Origin: Diadema antillarum
Taxonomy: Eukaryota
Direction of reading: 5' to 3'
NCBI RefSeq assembly: GCF_040938485.1
Contig: NW_027271782.1
Location: forward strand, 1-64,000
Length of the DNA stretch: 64,000 nt
Part shown: positions 51,050-63,176 of the stretch, one piece after another
How the letters are laid out: the number at the start of each line of letters is the position of its first letter
How positions within the stretch are numbered: the first letter of the stretch is position 1
Notes under the pieces: model-generated
Seen by the model: the letters and a program-made list of their open reading frames with translations, nothing else
Told to the model about the DNA's origin: nothing
Database searches by the model: none
Translations under genes and position numbers: made by a program

Positions 51050-53657
51050 CTACCTTGGCATTAGCACAGTGCTGGCACTTCCATGTGACCTGTGATCATT
51101 TAGCTGTGAAACCGAGGTGAAGTGTGAGTCTGACATGGAGGTGGTTTCCGAGTTGGGAGAGGAGGTGGTAAAGAAGCTGCCTGGAAGAACCAGGGTGCAA
51201 CAGGACATCCTGAGGCTCGAATCCGGTAACTCGGCAACCACATCCCATTCGTCCGCATCCACGTTGTAGCAGTGGACATCCTTCTCCCGCTGCCTTCCGA
51301 GGCCGTTGTAGCCGCCGATGACGAAGATCTTCTTGTCCTCTGTTGCCACGCAACCTGCCATGCTGAGCCCCGTGAGCATCGGTGACATGGTGATCCACGC
51401 ATCATGCCGCGGGTCGTAGCGCTCAACACCCATTACGTCGACGCGATCACCGTACGGGTTGAGGTGGTTACCTCCCATCACATACATCATGCCTCGAATG
51501 CTGCACGTCATGTGGAACCCACGGGCAATGTTCATTTGGCACTTGGGGATCCAGTGGTCAGTCTCATGGTCATACATGTAGCACATTTTGCTAAAATTGT
51601 GGCTTGCAAATCCACCGGTAATGTATAAGTAGTTATTCACAACTGTACCAGAATGTGCGTAGGTGGGTTCGTCCAGCCGGTGGATGTATCGCCAGCGGTT
51701 TTCTGTCGGATTGAAAATCTCCACAGAAGCCAGAGGACCCTGCTCATTCTTGCCCCCGATGGCAACAAGGCTGTCGTTCAGAGTTGTGAGATAGAAGAAG
51801 GCACGCCGCTGCTGCATGGGACACATTTGTAGCCACTTATTGAATCGCGGATCAAAGCGGTGGACCGTTCCTATACTCTCCTTGCCGTTGGAGTTGAGCG
51901 TGACCTGACCCCCCACCACATAGAGGAAGTGGTTGAGATTAGCCACGCAGTGGTCAACCCTCTTCAGCGGCATGCGAGCCAGCTCCTTCCACACGAAGTT
52001 GAGCTCGTCGAGTACCAAGACCTTGTTGCTGACCCGGTGGTGGGGGAGCTCCCCACCCATCATTACGATCACCTCCCTGGTGGAGCGGAGACGGGTGCGA
52101 GGCGTCTGCATGGAGTGCTGACGGTGGGGGACGAGGTGGTAGTTGAGGGCCTCGATGAGGTAGTGGTGGCAGGCGGGATCTTCCATCATGAAGGAATGCG
52201 ACTGGACGTGTTCCACAAGATCATCACTTGCGATGAGAGGGAAGCGAATATGTTTCATCAGCTGGGGTGCATACCTGCCAGACAGTGATGAAACAATTAA
52301 AAAAGAAATTAATAACTAACTGTGCTTCTGGGAGATAGATGATAAAACAAAGCAATGGCGATAACCTTATCACTATCATATGAATGACATTTTTTTTAAT
52401 AACATTTCTGTGTTCCTATGCGGATGCAATCCAAAGAAAACATGTCAACATGATTATTCAGTGACACATTTGATGAAAAGAGTGTAAGTTTGTAATAGAG
52501 AAAAACAGACTCAATGCATTGTATTTTGTACTAGACTAACATAATCCTTTTTTCCCCAACATTTTCCAACATCCAACATCATGGAAAAGTGACTTTTTAA
52601 ACATTTCTTGGAATACTGAGCAAATTAATACCAGAATGCCCTTCAAAAGAAGCTTTGATAATCTGGGTCATATACTGTATGTGTGCTAAGGATTGGTCAT
52701 TTCTTTGCACACAAGTAAATTGTTCTATGAAATCAATATTTTATCTAAACAGCTTTAAATACACAATCATGCACACATTTTCCTCACGGTATATGTACAT
52801 TCTGGATTCATTGATATGATTATGAAAGATAGCTGATCTATAGCAAAATCATTATAATGATTACCAGCAACTCTACACTTCTGCCTCATTTACATTTCAT
52901 GTCGAAACATAGTGTGTTCTGAAAAATGATTGTGGATCAATATCAATGTACCATACCTAACTCTGTTGTGTTTGTCATGGTCAATCCACCTGGCTCCAAT
53001 CTTAAAGAGCTCAATCTCGGATCCGATGGACATGCGATCCTGTTTGAGGAAGAAGCACATGTCATCATATTTGAGCGACTGAAACTCCGGTCTCTCTGCC
53101 ACCGCTGTGAAGTTGTCCACAATAAAGTCATGCGCGTCCTTCTCCAAGTCTTTGAAGCCAAACTTTCTCGACAGGTGCAGGACACCGATGCAGTTCTCGA
53201 GGGCGAGGACTGAGGTGAGGTACTGGATGCAGATGTTGATGACACTATGCATCTTCAGCTGCACGGCCCCGCTAACCACCTTGCGCACATTCTCCAGGGT
53301 CAGCTCGATCTGCGAGGTGTAGGCGTAGTTGAGCAGGAGCTCGAGGCAGTCTTGGGTGATGTTGCTGTGTAGCTGGACGTCGCGCACCGTGTCATTCTCC
53401 ATGTAGATGGCGCGGAAGTACTCGCTGCACGAGGCCAGGACGGCCCGGTGGACGGAGAAGTGGCGGCCGTTGGCGATGATGGTGCCGTCGCAGAGGATGC
53501 GCTCTCGCCACAGCTGGTACAGTTGTCCCAGGACGTTGGCGCTGTGCTCGGCACACTGGTACTGCCGACTTGGTGGTGGCGCGTGGTTCCAGTGCGGTTC
53601 AGGCCGTATAGGCTTCTGCATGCTGAAATTGCTGGATATTGCAAGGCGGTCAGCCAT
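51050..53657 (-). CDS. klhl31-like: Kelch-like BTB-BACK-Kelch protein (KLHL31/KLHL14-type), 641 aa; probable CUL3 substrate adaptor
   Basis: Exon 53657-52957 (BTB CDGTIIANGRHFSVHRAVLASCSEYF, BACK) splices at phase 2 to exon 52274-51050 (R-YAPQLMKHIRFPLI, six GG..Y/F..W Kelch repeats). The motifs RFDPRFNKW, RRAFFY, GGNHL, GDRVDVM and SCCTLVLP match my recollection of KLHL14/KLHL31, so the symbol is tentative. 5'UTR acceptor at 53717-53718. Confidence 0.93.
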
Positions 53658-55171
53658 GTTTATCTTGAAGTTTTCTCTCTCTCCTTCACATTTCCTTCAT
53701 TACAGCAATTGATAACCTGCAATGATGAATGAAAATAAGCAATAAAGGCATAATTACTGTTGAGATCTTCAATAAAGGAATTTAAAAATAGTAATATAGA
53801 GTATTAAAAACCATCGGTTTTCAGGCACTTAAGCTTTTCTGCAATATTTGTTCCACTCAAAAAATACATACAAACCTACAACAATAGTTATATACTTCAA
53901 ACAACTTTTTCTCATTGTTGATTTCATTAAATGTATCATTAAATTTTACAAAATCCCAAAATATTATCACCTTGATAATACCCCACAATCTGTTCGGCCT
54001 CTCCAGAAGTCGGACATGCGCTATGCGTGTTCAATGACAATGTCAATGCACGTATAAAACCGCTGAAAACTACATGTACACCGCATCATACCTTGTTGGC
54101 ACAGGGTTGCATAGCCAGTGACGTTTCAGCGCCCGTCGTTGGTGTCCGAATTAATATTGTCAATACGGCGAATCCGCACTTGCATTCAACCCCTATACAT
54201 TAATTTACTATTTTTAATTTTATGAGTCATTCATTGCATCGGTACGCGTACGTAGAGATTTTGTTTTCTTGTGTTTTTGAGGATGCCATCACACTCTGAG
54301 TTTGGGATAATCTCTCAACAGATCGGCGTTTTTCTCTATGATTAGGAAGTACTAAGTAAGGTTCTCTATAGAAGGGTTCTAGTCTAGACTCTACTGTCTC
54401 TAGCGCTTCAAGCCTTCATTACCGTTTTTCGGCAAGCCTGATTCTTAACACAGAACTAATTCGCGAGCACTTTATTTGGAAAGTTGCTCCAATTCTGCAT
54501 TTTTAGATGGCGAAATTTGGGATTTTAAATAGACTTTTGTAGGTGACTAAGCACTTTCCTGTTGTGAACAACAATGCCAGTAGGCCCTAACAATGCTAAT
54601 GTGAAACGATGTGATATGCGTGATAAAAGCAGGCGTCGCGTCTGGATCTTCCAATTCTACCTCTCTGCAAAACCTCACATAATAACACGCATGTGGGACT
54701 ATCTGATGTGACATTGCAACGGAAACTGCGCGTCAGTGTTGATCGAAGGGCGATGCTATTTTCAAACAGTTATCGTTAGCCAAGCCTGAAATTTATGCAT
54801 AATGATTACATTACTCTCGCAATCATAATCATATTCTTGATACTTACAATAATGTTGGACAAATTTTCCTTCTGGCGAATTTACGTTTATTTCTTTTCGT
54901 CATCACAGTCCTAGGATGCAAAAAGCGTCAGCCGTTGCTATAATTATTAACCACAGCGAGGTCGATAGAGGGCGTTATTCTCTATTCTTTCTTTCGTGTT
55001 GTTTCACTACTCTTTTTTTCTCTTTTTTTTTCAGTTTTCTGGTACAATACTAGTATATTGTGCACGTATTTTTCTTTTGTAGTTAAACTTTTTATTCACA
55101 TTCACTTTGCGTTATAACTTTCTTTTCCCCTAAGGGTATATATTTTTATATTATTTATTTTTATATCTTTC

Positions 55172-55249
55172 TCCTGGCGAGGAAATTAAGCGCATGTTTT
55201 TTTGTTTGTTTGTTTTTTCTAAAACATGCGCTTAATTTCCTCGCCAGGA
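55172..55249. repeat. Perfect 29-bp inverted repeat with a 20-nt T-rich loop
   Basis: TCCTGGCGAGGAAATTAAGCGCATGTTTT 55172-55200 and its exact reverse complement 55221-55249. Confidence 0.97.
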
Positions 55250-55589
55250 TAAAGCGTTTTAATGCCATTTTAGGTTTTAATCTCATATATATATATATAT
55301 ACATATATATGATTATGCACACATATTATATTGTAGGAAAATAAAACAAACAAATATTGTATTGGATGTTAAAAAGAAGAATGTAAGAGCAGCACAAGCG
55401 AGAAGGACAGCTATCTGCATATTCTTCTTCAAACTACTCATTGGGAAAAAGTGCCCGATATTGAATGAAATTCAAATAAAGAATATCATTTCAAAAAAGA
55501 GTGTGCGCGTAATGTATATGTGCCTAATTAGAAGCAAACGCTTATTACTCTCATATTATGTAAACAGTGGTGGTTATTGAAAATCGAAC

Positions 55590-56400
55590 TTGACAACACT
55601 GCTGTATTACCGCCACCATTGATTATCACCTCAGAACAGAACTCTTGGACTTGTACCAAAGCAAGACCAAGACGCACTGCAGCAGTGGGAACGGGATTGG
55701 ACCATGGAATATTCAATCCTCCAAAGTGCTTGCCTATCCCTGACCAACAAACGGAAGCCCATCTTCACCGAGCCCATCACTCAGGGGCCTACCTTGGAAT
55801 ACATCTTACCAAAAATCTAGGCTGGAATATCATGTTAATACTTTAACTAAGAAAGCAATCGCAGCATTTGCCTTCGATCCTGTAGAGAAGGAACATTGGC
55901 ACATGCCAAGTGAAAAACCAAAAACTGTATGCTAATTAATGTACACATCACTGCTGCGCCCTATCACGGAGTATGATTGCATTGTCTGGGACCCCTCGAC
56001 GCTGGAGAACATAAACAAACCATACAGGAGGTCCAGCTATTATACGTTTTGCATGCTTCATCCCTATTAGACTGTAGATGGATTAGTAGGCGCTCGCTGT
56101 ACTGGCAAACCCTTCAAGAACCCTGAGCCCAGATGGAGGCAGCTATCATGTACAGTATGGACTGGACTATATGAACTCTCTTGTAGACTTCCCAAGGTTA
56201 CTTCGTACGGTAGTACTGGCGCCATCATCGTGGACTTGCTGTGAAACTTGTAACTCAAAAAATTAAAGGACGGCCACATACCAAGTCCAAAGATCGTTAT
56301 TTCCAGATGCCACCCGATTGTGGGATATAATATATACGGGATAGATCTTACGCCGGATGCTGTCTGTAGTGTAGTTGCACCACTCTCGAGCATTAAAAAA
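55590..56400 (+). mobile_element. 5'-truncated, decayed CR1/L2-type LINE (C-terminal part of ORF2)
   Basis: Frameshifted motifs QDQDALQQWERDWTME, YLGIHLTKNLGWN (55790), YTSLLRPITEYDCIVWDP (55942) and SLFPDATRLWD (56294) are typical of the RT thumb and C-terminus of CR1/L2 LINEs. Confidence 0.85.
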
Positions 56401-56554
56401 TGGGGTGCCGGAAATGCAACTATACCTTACAAGCAAAGCAGGTCCTTTTTAACAGCAAACAGTGAAAAAAGCACAGATATTCAATATCTTTGTTGAGTTT
56501 GTTGCCTTGTCTGAGTTTGTGGTGTGCAATGTGTGCAATACAATGACTGCCCCA

Positions 56555-56555
<1 letters not shown>

Positions 56556-56604
<49 letters not shown>
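56556..56604. repeat. (CAA)n microsatellite
   Basis: Seen directly. Confidence 0.97.
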
Positions 56605-56605
<1 letters not shown>

Positions 56606-57880
56606 GCAAACAATCAAAAACAAAATAACAAAACTAGAGAGGCACTCTGAGAGCGCAGACCTCCGCCAAGCATGCAGCTCATTTCAACGGCGTAAATCCG
56701 TACTGAGGAGTGGGGGGGGGGGGGATGATCGGCGATAGCCACCATCACCACGATTACAAGCCCATAACCGGACCCGTGCAGCCTTTTTTTTTTTTTTTGG
56801 GGGGGGGGGGGGGGGGGAGAAGCTTGCCCCCCCCCCCCCCACACACACACACACACTTTACAGGGATCAAAATAAAAATGTCTCACTCTTTTCCATTCAA
56901 AGTGGGAGGGAAGTGGCAGCAAAAATATGAAGACTTTTTGTTCTTGTTTTTATTTGTTTGTTTCTTGCTTGTCCGCCGACTTTCGGCGGAAAATCAGACC
57001 TTAAAAGTATGAAGAATTTTGTTGTTGTTGTTTCTCTTGTCTTTTGATGTTCTTTCTTCTTGACTGACAGGCGATTTAGACACCACCCCCCCCCCCCCTT
57101 CGCAGCCCTGAATAATGCCCAAATAAATTCAATAGATATGGATATCCATTTTTTTTGTATGCAATATTAAACGTAGTAGATATTTCCCTGAAGCTATTCA
57201 TTTTTCAATTTTCTTGATTTAAGTCAGTAAAGCAACATCCAAGGGGCATCGTTCCGTTTTAATGATGCAAATGGGGGGGGGGGGTAGGGGAGGGACTTGG
57301 AGTTTGAATATCTGTGCGAGGGTGCGGAGCGGCCTAGCGGGGGGAGGGTGTGAGAGGGGGGTATCCCCCTCCCACACAAGGAAAATTTGGCATTTTCAGA
57401 CCTGAAATTCAGCGATCTGGTGCACACTTTTGGTGAAATTTGTGATTCTTTTTCCTATAAAAAAAGTAAGAGAAAAATATTCATAGATGATTGAATGACT
57501 ACATCGTGGTATTCAGCTCTTGCTCCATCTGTGCGACATCACTGTGAAGGCCTACTAAATAGTGGGGCCTATCACCGGCGTAGCCAGGTTTTGATCTTAG
57601 GGGGAGCGGTTAGATGCGAGGGAGCGATGCGAGCGAGGGGGAGGGTGCGCAGGGGGGTTTCCCCCTCCCACAGTGAGAACTTTTTGCATATAGATGTTGT
57701 AAATGGTGCAATTTCATGCATTTTTTGCGTGTTTTATCGACTTGAAACAGTCCAACATGTTTAAGGTAGCAGTACATTTTATGTAGATTATTATTGAACA
57801 ATTTTACTTATGAAATAGTATCATTTAGAGAAACTTCTTGTATTAATTCTTACACTGAAGATCATGAATGCGATCATGAA

Positions 57881-58523
57881 TTTTGACATTGTACAGTCCC
57901 AAAACTGCCATTTGTAGCTATATTTTTTTCGCTTTGAAAATTAAGGGGGGGGGGGGTTCGCACCGGGCCCAACTGCTGGCATTTACCCGGCAGCAACTTC
58001 AGGAGAATGGCATAGCGAGTAGATCCGAGCGAGCGAAGCAAGCGAGCTTGAAATTTTTGATATTATTGTAAAGTCCAAAACTGCCGCTTGTAGCTATATT
58101 TTTTCGCTTTGAAAATCAAGAGGGGGGTCGCACCGGGCCCAACTGCTGGCAATTATCCGGCAGCCAAATCAGGAGAATGGCATGACGATTAAATGCGAGC
58201 GAGCGAAGCGAGCGAGCGAAGCGAGCGAGCTTGAAAATTTTGATATTGTACAGTCCAAAAACGGCCGCTTGTAGCTATATTTTTTCGCTATGAAAATTAA
58301 GGGGGGAGGGGGGGCGGACCGGGCGCAACTGCTGGCAGTTACCCGGCAGCAACATCAGGAGAATGACATAACGACTAAATGCGAGCGAGCGAAGTGAGCG
58401 AGCTTGAACATTTTGATATTTTACAGTCAAAAAACTGCCGTTTGTAGCTGTACTTTTTTCGCTTAGGAAATTAAGGGGGTGGGGGCGAACCGGGCGCAAC
58501 TGCTGGCAATTACTGGCAGCAAC
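57881..58523. repeat. Tandem array of 173-183-bp units, about 3.6 copies
   Basis: TTTTGA.ATT..ACAGTC unit starts at 57881, 58055, 58238 and 58411; each unit has a G run, GCTGGCA..CCGGCAGC and GCGAGCGAGCGAAG. Confidence 0.92.
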
Positions 58524-59686
58524 AAATATCTCGTAAATACATTTATGATGTATAATCTGGGGGATTTTCAATCCCAGAAGTGTATACTATTTTTTTAGGG
58601 GGGGGGGGGAAGCCTCCGTTAATTGAAAGTATCTAGATATCTCCTCCCACCCAAGGAACATTATTTTGCATTTCTTTAAACTGAAGTAACAGACCTGGTG
58701 CACACTTTAGATGAAACATTTTGAAATCTGTCGATCTAAAGTGTATTAAGTAGAAATGACTGAACGGGGAGGGTATGGGAGGGGTTAGGCCTATCCCCCT
58801 CTTACGCGAGGGAGCCAGAATTGAAATTCAGCCATCTTTGGGTGAAATATTTAGACAGTTTTCTATCAAAAAAATTTTTTTCCACATCTCGGGAGTTACG
58901 AGAAAGAGCAAAATGATCTGTTTGTCCCCAATACTTTTATGGGGGAACCATCCCCCTCCCCCTCCATCGACGCCTCTGCATATGAGGGAGCTTTTGTAAG
59001 TGAAAGATCCGCTGCACAATCTTTGATAAATATAAGGATATAAAACGTTAGTCTAAAAAGTGTACAAAGTCTATCGAAAGGGACCCAGTAGCGGATCTTT
59101 TGCATATTCATGATTGCAATTCAGCGATGCGGTTCATAATTCTGGCGGTACTTGTCCAATTTTCCATAAAGAAAGTTCGAGATTTGTCCCCATCTCGGGA
59201 ATTGCTTGGAGGACAAATGATTTGTCTGCCCCCAACATTTCCGTAGGGGCGGGGCAACTTGATGCCCCTTTGCCCCCCCCCCCCCCCCCCCCCCGAGATA
59301 GATTCGACGCCCTTGATCATCCCTGGGTATGCCCATAGATGTATCAGAGTCATCATCGTTTCAGGAATGATGCAGGAAATGGAGGGGGGGGGGTCAATTA
59401 TGGCGGTGTAGTTTTTGTTATTGTTTGTTTATTTTCGAACATATTAATTTGCAGATGGTCCCGAGTTGCTCGCTTCATAGCATGTTTACCTGTAAGCCTA
59501 TCCCGCCTATTTGACAATGTGTTTGACGTTGTCAACGTCTGGACCATACCTTATGTCGATATTACTTTCTTCGCGAGCGAGCGAAGCGAGCGAGCGCTCG
59601 AGAAAATTATGAATGCATTATCCTACAAGATAGAATACTGTTCAGCTCTGTTACCTGTCTGAAGGCGGGCGTACGAACGTCATGCA

Positions 59687-60130
59687 ATAAGCCAGTTCGG
59701 AGTTCTACTTTGCGCATGAGCAGAAAAAGGTCATTCGTACCACCTGGCATGTTGGTTTTTAAATTCACTGGGATAAGCATCTGTGATGTAATGATTATTC
59801 ATGTAATCCTTATAAATGCTGCTTGTCAGCACGTCCACCTGACAGTAAAAGTGGTATTTGGCAATATCAATAGAAAGAGACTGTTAACATATTCAATGTA
59901 AAATAATGAAATGGATGCTTTCCCAAGTGTTAATTGACGGGTCACTCTGGTCATCTGGTCTACTCAAGTTCATTCTTTGTTTGAACAGGATTGATGAATC
60001 TCATTAATTGTTACGTAAAAGCTTATGCATTATGTCGCTCTGAAGACTAGTGAAATGCCCCTAGCCGACTGAAAAAGAAGAAAGGTCATTCGTACCAATG
60101 TGCCCATCAGCTAACTCCGAACTGGCTTAT
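59687..60130. mobile_element. MITE with 18-bp perfect TIRs, nested
   Basis: ATAAGCCAGTTCGGAGTT / AACTCCGAACTGGCTTAT; an older copy lies at 3554-3995. Confidence 0.8.
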
Positions 60131-60873
60131 ATGACAAAAATGATACAATCACATTGCTGCTTCCTCCATTTTTTTCTCAAATTTCAGGGGGGGGGGGGGT
60201 GATTGTACAGGCCATCCCCCGTCCTCCATTTCAGGGGGGGGGGGGGGGGGGGGATATATCCCCCATCCCCCCCCCCCCCGGATTTACGCCCATGCTCATT
60301 TCCACCACTGATCTTGTTCTTCCATAGATATCAGTGATTTTCACCCATACGTACTACTTCTACTAGTAGTCGCCCGATTTCCCATATAGAAGCCTTTGTT
60401 ACGTCATAAACCCTCAGCTGTACGGCGCGCCTAGCCCCAGCAGAAACTACAGCACGCACCTGTAAAGTGCGCGCTTGCAAACCTCAAATACGCGCAGGCT
60501 GAACTCCCAAGTTCATTGACCCTACCTGCCAAAATATAAAAAATCCTTCATAAATTCCCCGAAAATTCTCGGATCACTACCAAAAGTTAATCGTTTGTTA
60601 TTTGTGTCATTCTAAACCTTTCCTGCAAGTTTCATCCAAATCCAATAACTACTTTTTGAGTTATTTTGCACTCGGACAAACTAACTAACTAACTAACGAA
60701 CACAAAAGATAACGGTAACGAAAACAGTCATAACCGTCCCCCTTGGCAGAGGTAAAAAAGGAACTGAGAACCTCTGCGTAATCCGCCCATCATTCAAGCC
60801 AATAAAAGTGGGAGATTGTTCATTGACACACAACGTCGTTTAACCTATATGATTACCATAGTAAAATATACAG

Positions 60874-61041
60874 GGGGTGTTTCATAAAGCTGTTCGTAAA
60901 GTTACGAACGACTTACGAGCGACTGGTGATTAGTTCTTGTGCTAAATTATGGAAATTCTGATAAGTATAGCACACCAGAACTGATCACCAGCCGCTCGTA
61001 AGTTGTTCGTAACTTTACGAACAGCTTTATGAAACAGGGCC
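60874..61041. mobile_element. PIF/Harbinger-type MITE with CAG TSD, sister of 44720-44888 in opposite orientation
   Basis: CAG|GGGGTGTTTCATAAAGCTGTTCG..CGAACAGCTTTATGAAACAGGGCC|CAG. Confidence 0.9.
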
Positions 61042-61706
61042 CAGGTATATATATTTCATATCATGAACATGTACCACCTATTGGGCATAGACAGGATAGA
61101 ATGCAGTGCATTAGCTTTAACTTTTCTGCACTGGAGCTGGGATATCTATGTAAGCGTCTAATCTTGGAAATAAATTACCAATACTATTTTTTTTCCCCTC
61201 CAAGCTATGGTACATACACGGGATAATATCGCATATTAGGTGCGGCAAATATGCGTGTCACTGTCGGGGTTGCAAGTACACGTACCGTTGTATTTAACTT
61301 TTAAACATCTGGCATGCTATAGCATGATTGATATCACATAAATCAATAACACCATATGGGTGGCGTGTGAACAATCCAGTGCAGATGGAAGGGATAAATT
61401 TTCATATTCATTAACATGACCCAAGTTTGCTGTCGATCACGCTGATAATAGGCCTGCCGTGCTCGTATCCGGTGCTGCTTGCCATACACTGGTATTGCCT
61501 ACTCAGGTGTTCAAGGAATATAATCATGTTAACTGGCGTTCTACTTTGTTTTACAATGTGTAATCAGTGGTGCTGCGCAAGCTACTAGTATATCTCATCT
61601 ATAGGAGCTACCAGTTTGTTCATGCATGGTAAATATAAACATACCGTTTGATGACTGCGGTATTACCATCATCGACATCACCATTAATGGTAACACCAAA
61701 ATTGAC

Positions 61707-62693
61707 ATGATGACTTCTCTTAAGTTGTTGGGTCTACACCTACTGACGTGCGTCGTGACTGTTGGTACTCTAACAAATGCTATTGACGTGTACAATTGTT
61801 GCGCTGACACGGATAATGATATAACTTTTCGCTCCTCACTTTGGAATAATTCAAAATATGACTATGACATGTATTATGGACATCTGGACTGTCTATTCTG
61901 TCAAAATGGAGTAATGATCGGGGAGCACTGTTTGAAAGCTGGACAGGTGGATCGGTTTAAAGTGAAAGCAAATGATACCAAGGATATGTTGACGGTGACT
62001 CTAAGTGTCAGATACGTGCAGAAGGAAGACGAAGGTGTCTACATACTTCTCGTTGCTCAAGGCAAAGATGATGACAGGCATATTGACGTCACAGATACTT
62101 ATATTGATGTAATCACTCCGCCTGGACCGGTCGATTGTGAGGTCGTTTCATCGTCATATTCTCCAGACTGGATTGAGGTACACTGCTCTGCTCCGCTTGG
62201 AATGGACTCAGATCCACAAGCATCTATCAGCTGTTTCCAAAATAACGTCAAGGCACCATTTTTGAGCCCACCTGTTTACTCCTCGAATCACATACAGGCT
62301 GTCTTCTGGTTGAACGCCCAGTCTTCCATCAATTGCTGTTCCTTCGCCCCTCAGTGTGAGAAACGTCCTGAGCTTTGCCTCGAATTCGTATATCCCAGTA
62401 AAAATTCATCAGATTTGTTTGAGGAAAATGATTCCGAGCAAAGAGAAGCGACAACTCCTCGCGAGTCAACGATTGGACAATCAACTGTTCTCACCATGCT
62501 CACTACGTTAAAATATGCTGATAGCTATGGGGAAACTCATCAAACTTGCGTTGTATTAATCTCATGTATTGCTGTATCGTGTTTGGTAACTCTTGCTGTC
62601 GTAGTTATTATTAGTTGGAGATATGTTAATAAACATCGAGTAAAATACCTGTCATATCAAAGACCTCAGATAATGGAAACGTGTGCGATGTGA
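61707..62693 (+). CDS. Single-exon type-I membrane protein: signal peptide, atypical V-set Ig-like domain, Cys-rich domain, S/T stalk, TM, short tail
   Basis: The ORF is open from 61626 (355 aa). The likely start MMTSLKLLGLHLLTCVV at 61707 gives a signal peptide. V-set hallmarks RFKV..TVTLSV..VQKEDEGVY; TM CVVLISCIAVSCLVTLAVVVIISW followed by RYVNKHR; AATAAA at 62742. Confidence 0.8.
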   Translation: MMTSLKLLGLHLLTCVVTVGTLTNAIDVYNCCADTDNDITFRSSLWNNSKYDYDMYYGHLDCLFCQNGVMIGEHCLKAGQVDRFKVKANDTKDMLTVTLSVRYVQKEDEGVYILLVAQGKDDDRHIDVTDTYIDVITPPGPVDCEVVSSSYSPDWIEVHCSAPLGMDSDPQASISCFQNNVKAPFLSPPVYSSNHIQAVFWLNAQSSINCCSFAPQCEKRPELCLEFVYPSKNSSDLFEENDSEQREATTPRESTIGQSTVLTMLTTLKYADSYGETHQTCVVLISCIAVSCLVTLAVVVIISWRYVNKHRVKYLSYQRPQIMETCAM

Positions 62694-63176
62694 TTTCAAC
62701 AACGTACGTTTCATTTATTCTTCAGATTCTTTTTAAAAGCAAATAAAATTCAGGTTATGGATTTTAAAATTTAATGTATAAAATCGTAGGTTGAATTGTT
62801 TAGGTCAGCTTTATTTCCGTATCGTTTCTATTAAGTGACTGAAGTGTGGTGTAACTCAGGATTCTTTGATAATAAAATCCAAGTGGGCCAGAGGAACAAG
62901 TACATTCCAAGTTTTTGTTTTTGTTTTTACCTTTATTTTCTCTCTCACCTTTTCGCTACTGCTGGAGGAATAAGTCCTGATGGTATAACTTACGAAGATT
63001 ATCCGCAATCTTCTTCGGGAACCTGCTCAAGAATAACGTCATCAAAATGCCCGAATAAAAGTGACTGTATCTCTTATCACAACCCCACAATAAAAGTCTT
63101 AATGGTAACATAGATCTGCCTGAGAAAAGCAGCGATCGTATCTCACATAGTACAATTTACAATCCTTACAAAAATC

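Larger units (their letters stand above)
56685..60294. mobile_element. CA..TG element with a 7-bp TSD nested in the Helentron-like element
   Basis: CTCATTT|CAACGGCGTAAATCCG ... CGGATTTACGCCCATG|CTCATTT (TIR 14/16). Confidence 0.8.
56634..60754 (-). mobile_element. Non-autonomous Helitron/Helentron (HINE/DINE-1-like) expanded by nested insertions
   Basis: On the minus strand the 3' end is a hairpin (GCACTC-TGA-GAGCGC on +) followed by CTAG (56634-56637). Subterminal IR ACCTCCGCCAAG 56659-56670 / CTTGGCAGAGGT 60742-60753 (11/12). A (CTAA)n microsatellite and a core-like segment lie at 60540-60720, and both flanks are T-rich on the minus strand. Confidence 0.7.

Noticed and set aside
52890-52956. 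C-terminal residues YGTLILIH... of the 255-aa ORF
   Set aside because: Intron read-through past the donor at 52956; the spliced frame continues R-YAPQLMKHIRF.
51096-53732. Several 60-140-aa ORFs overlapping the KLHL exons
   Set aside because: Frame shadows of the real CDS.
62835-63113. 92-aa ORF downstream of the Ig-like gene
   Set aside because: AT-rich with no motif; probably 3' flank.
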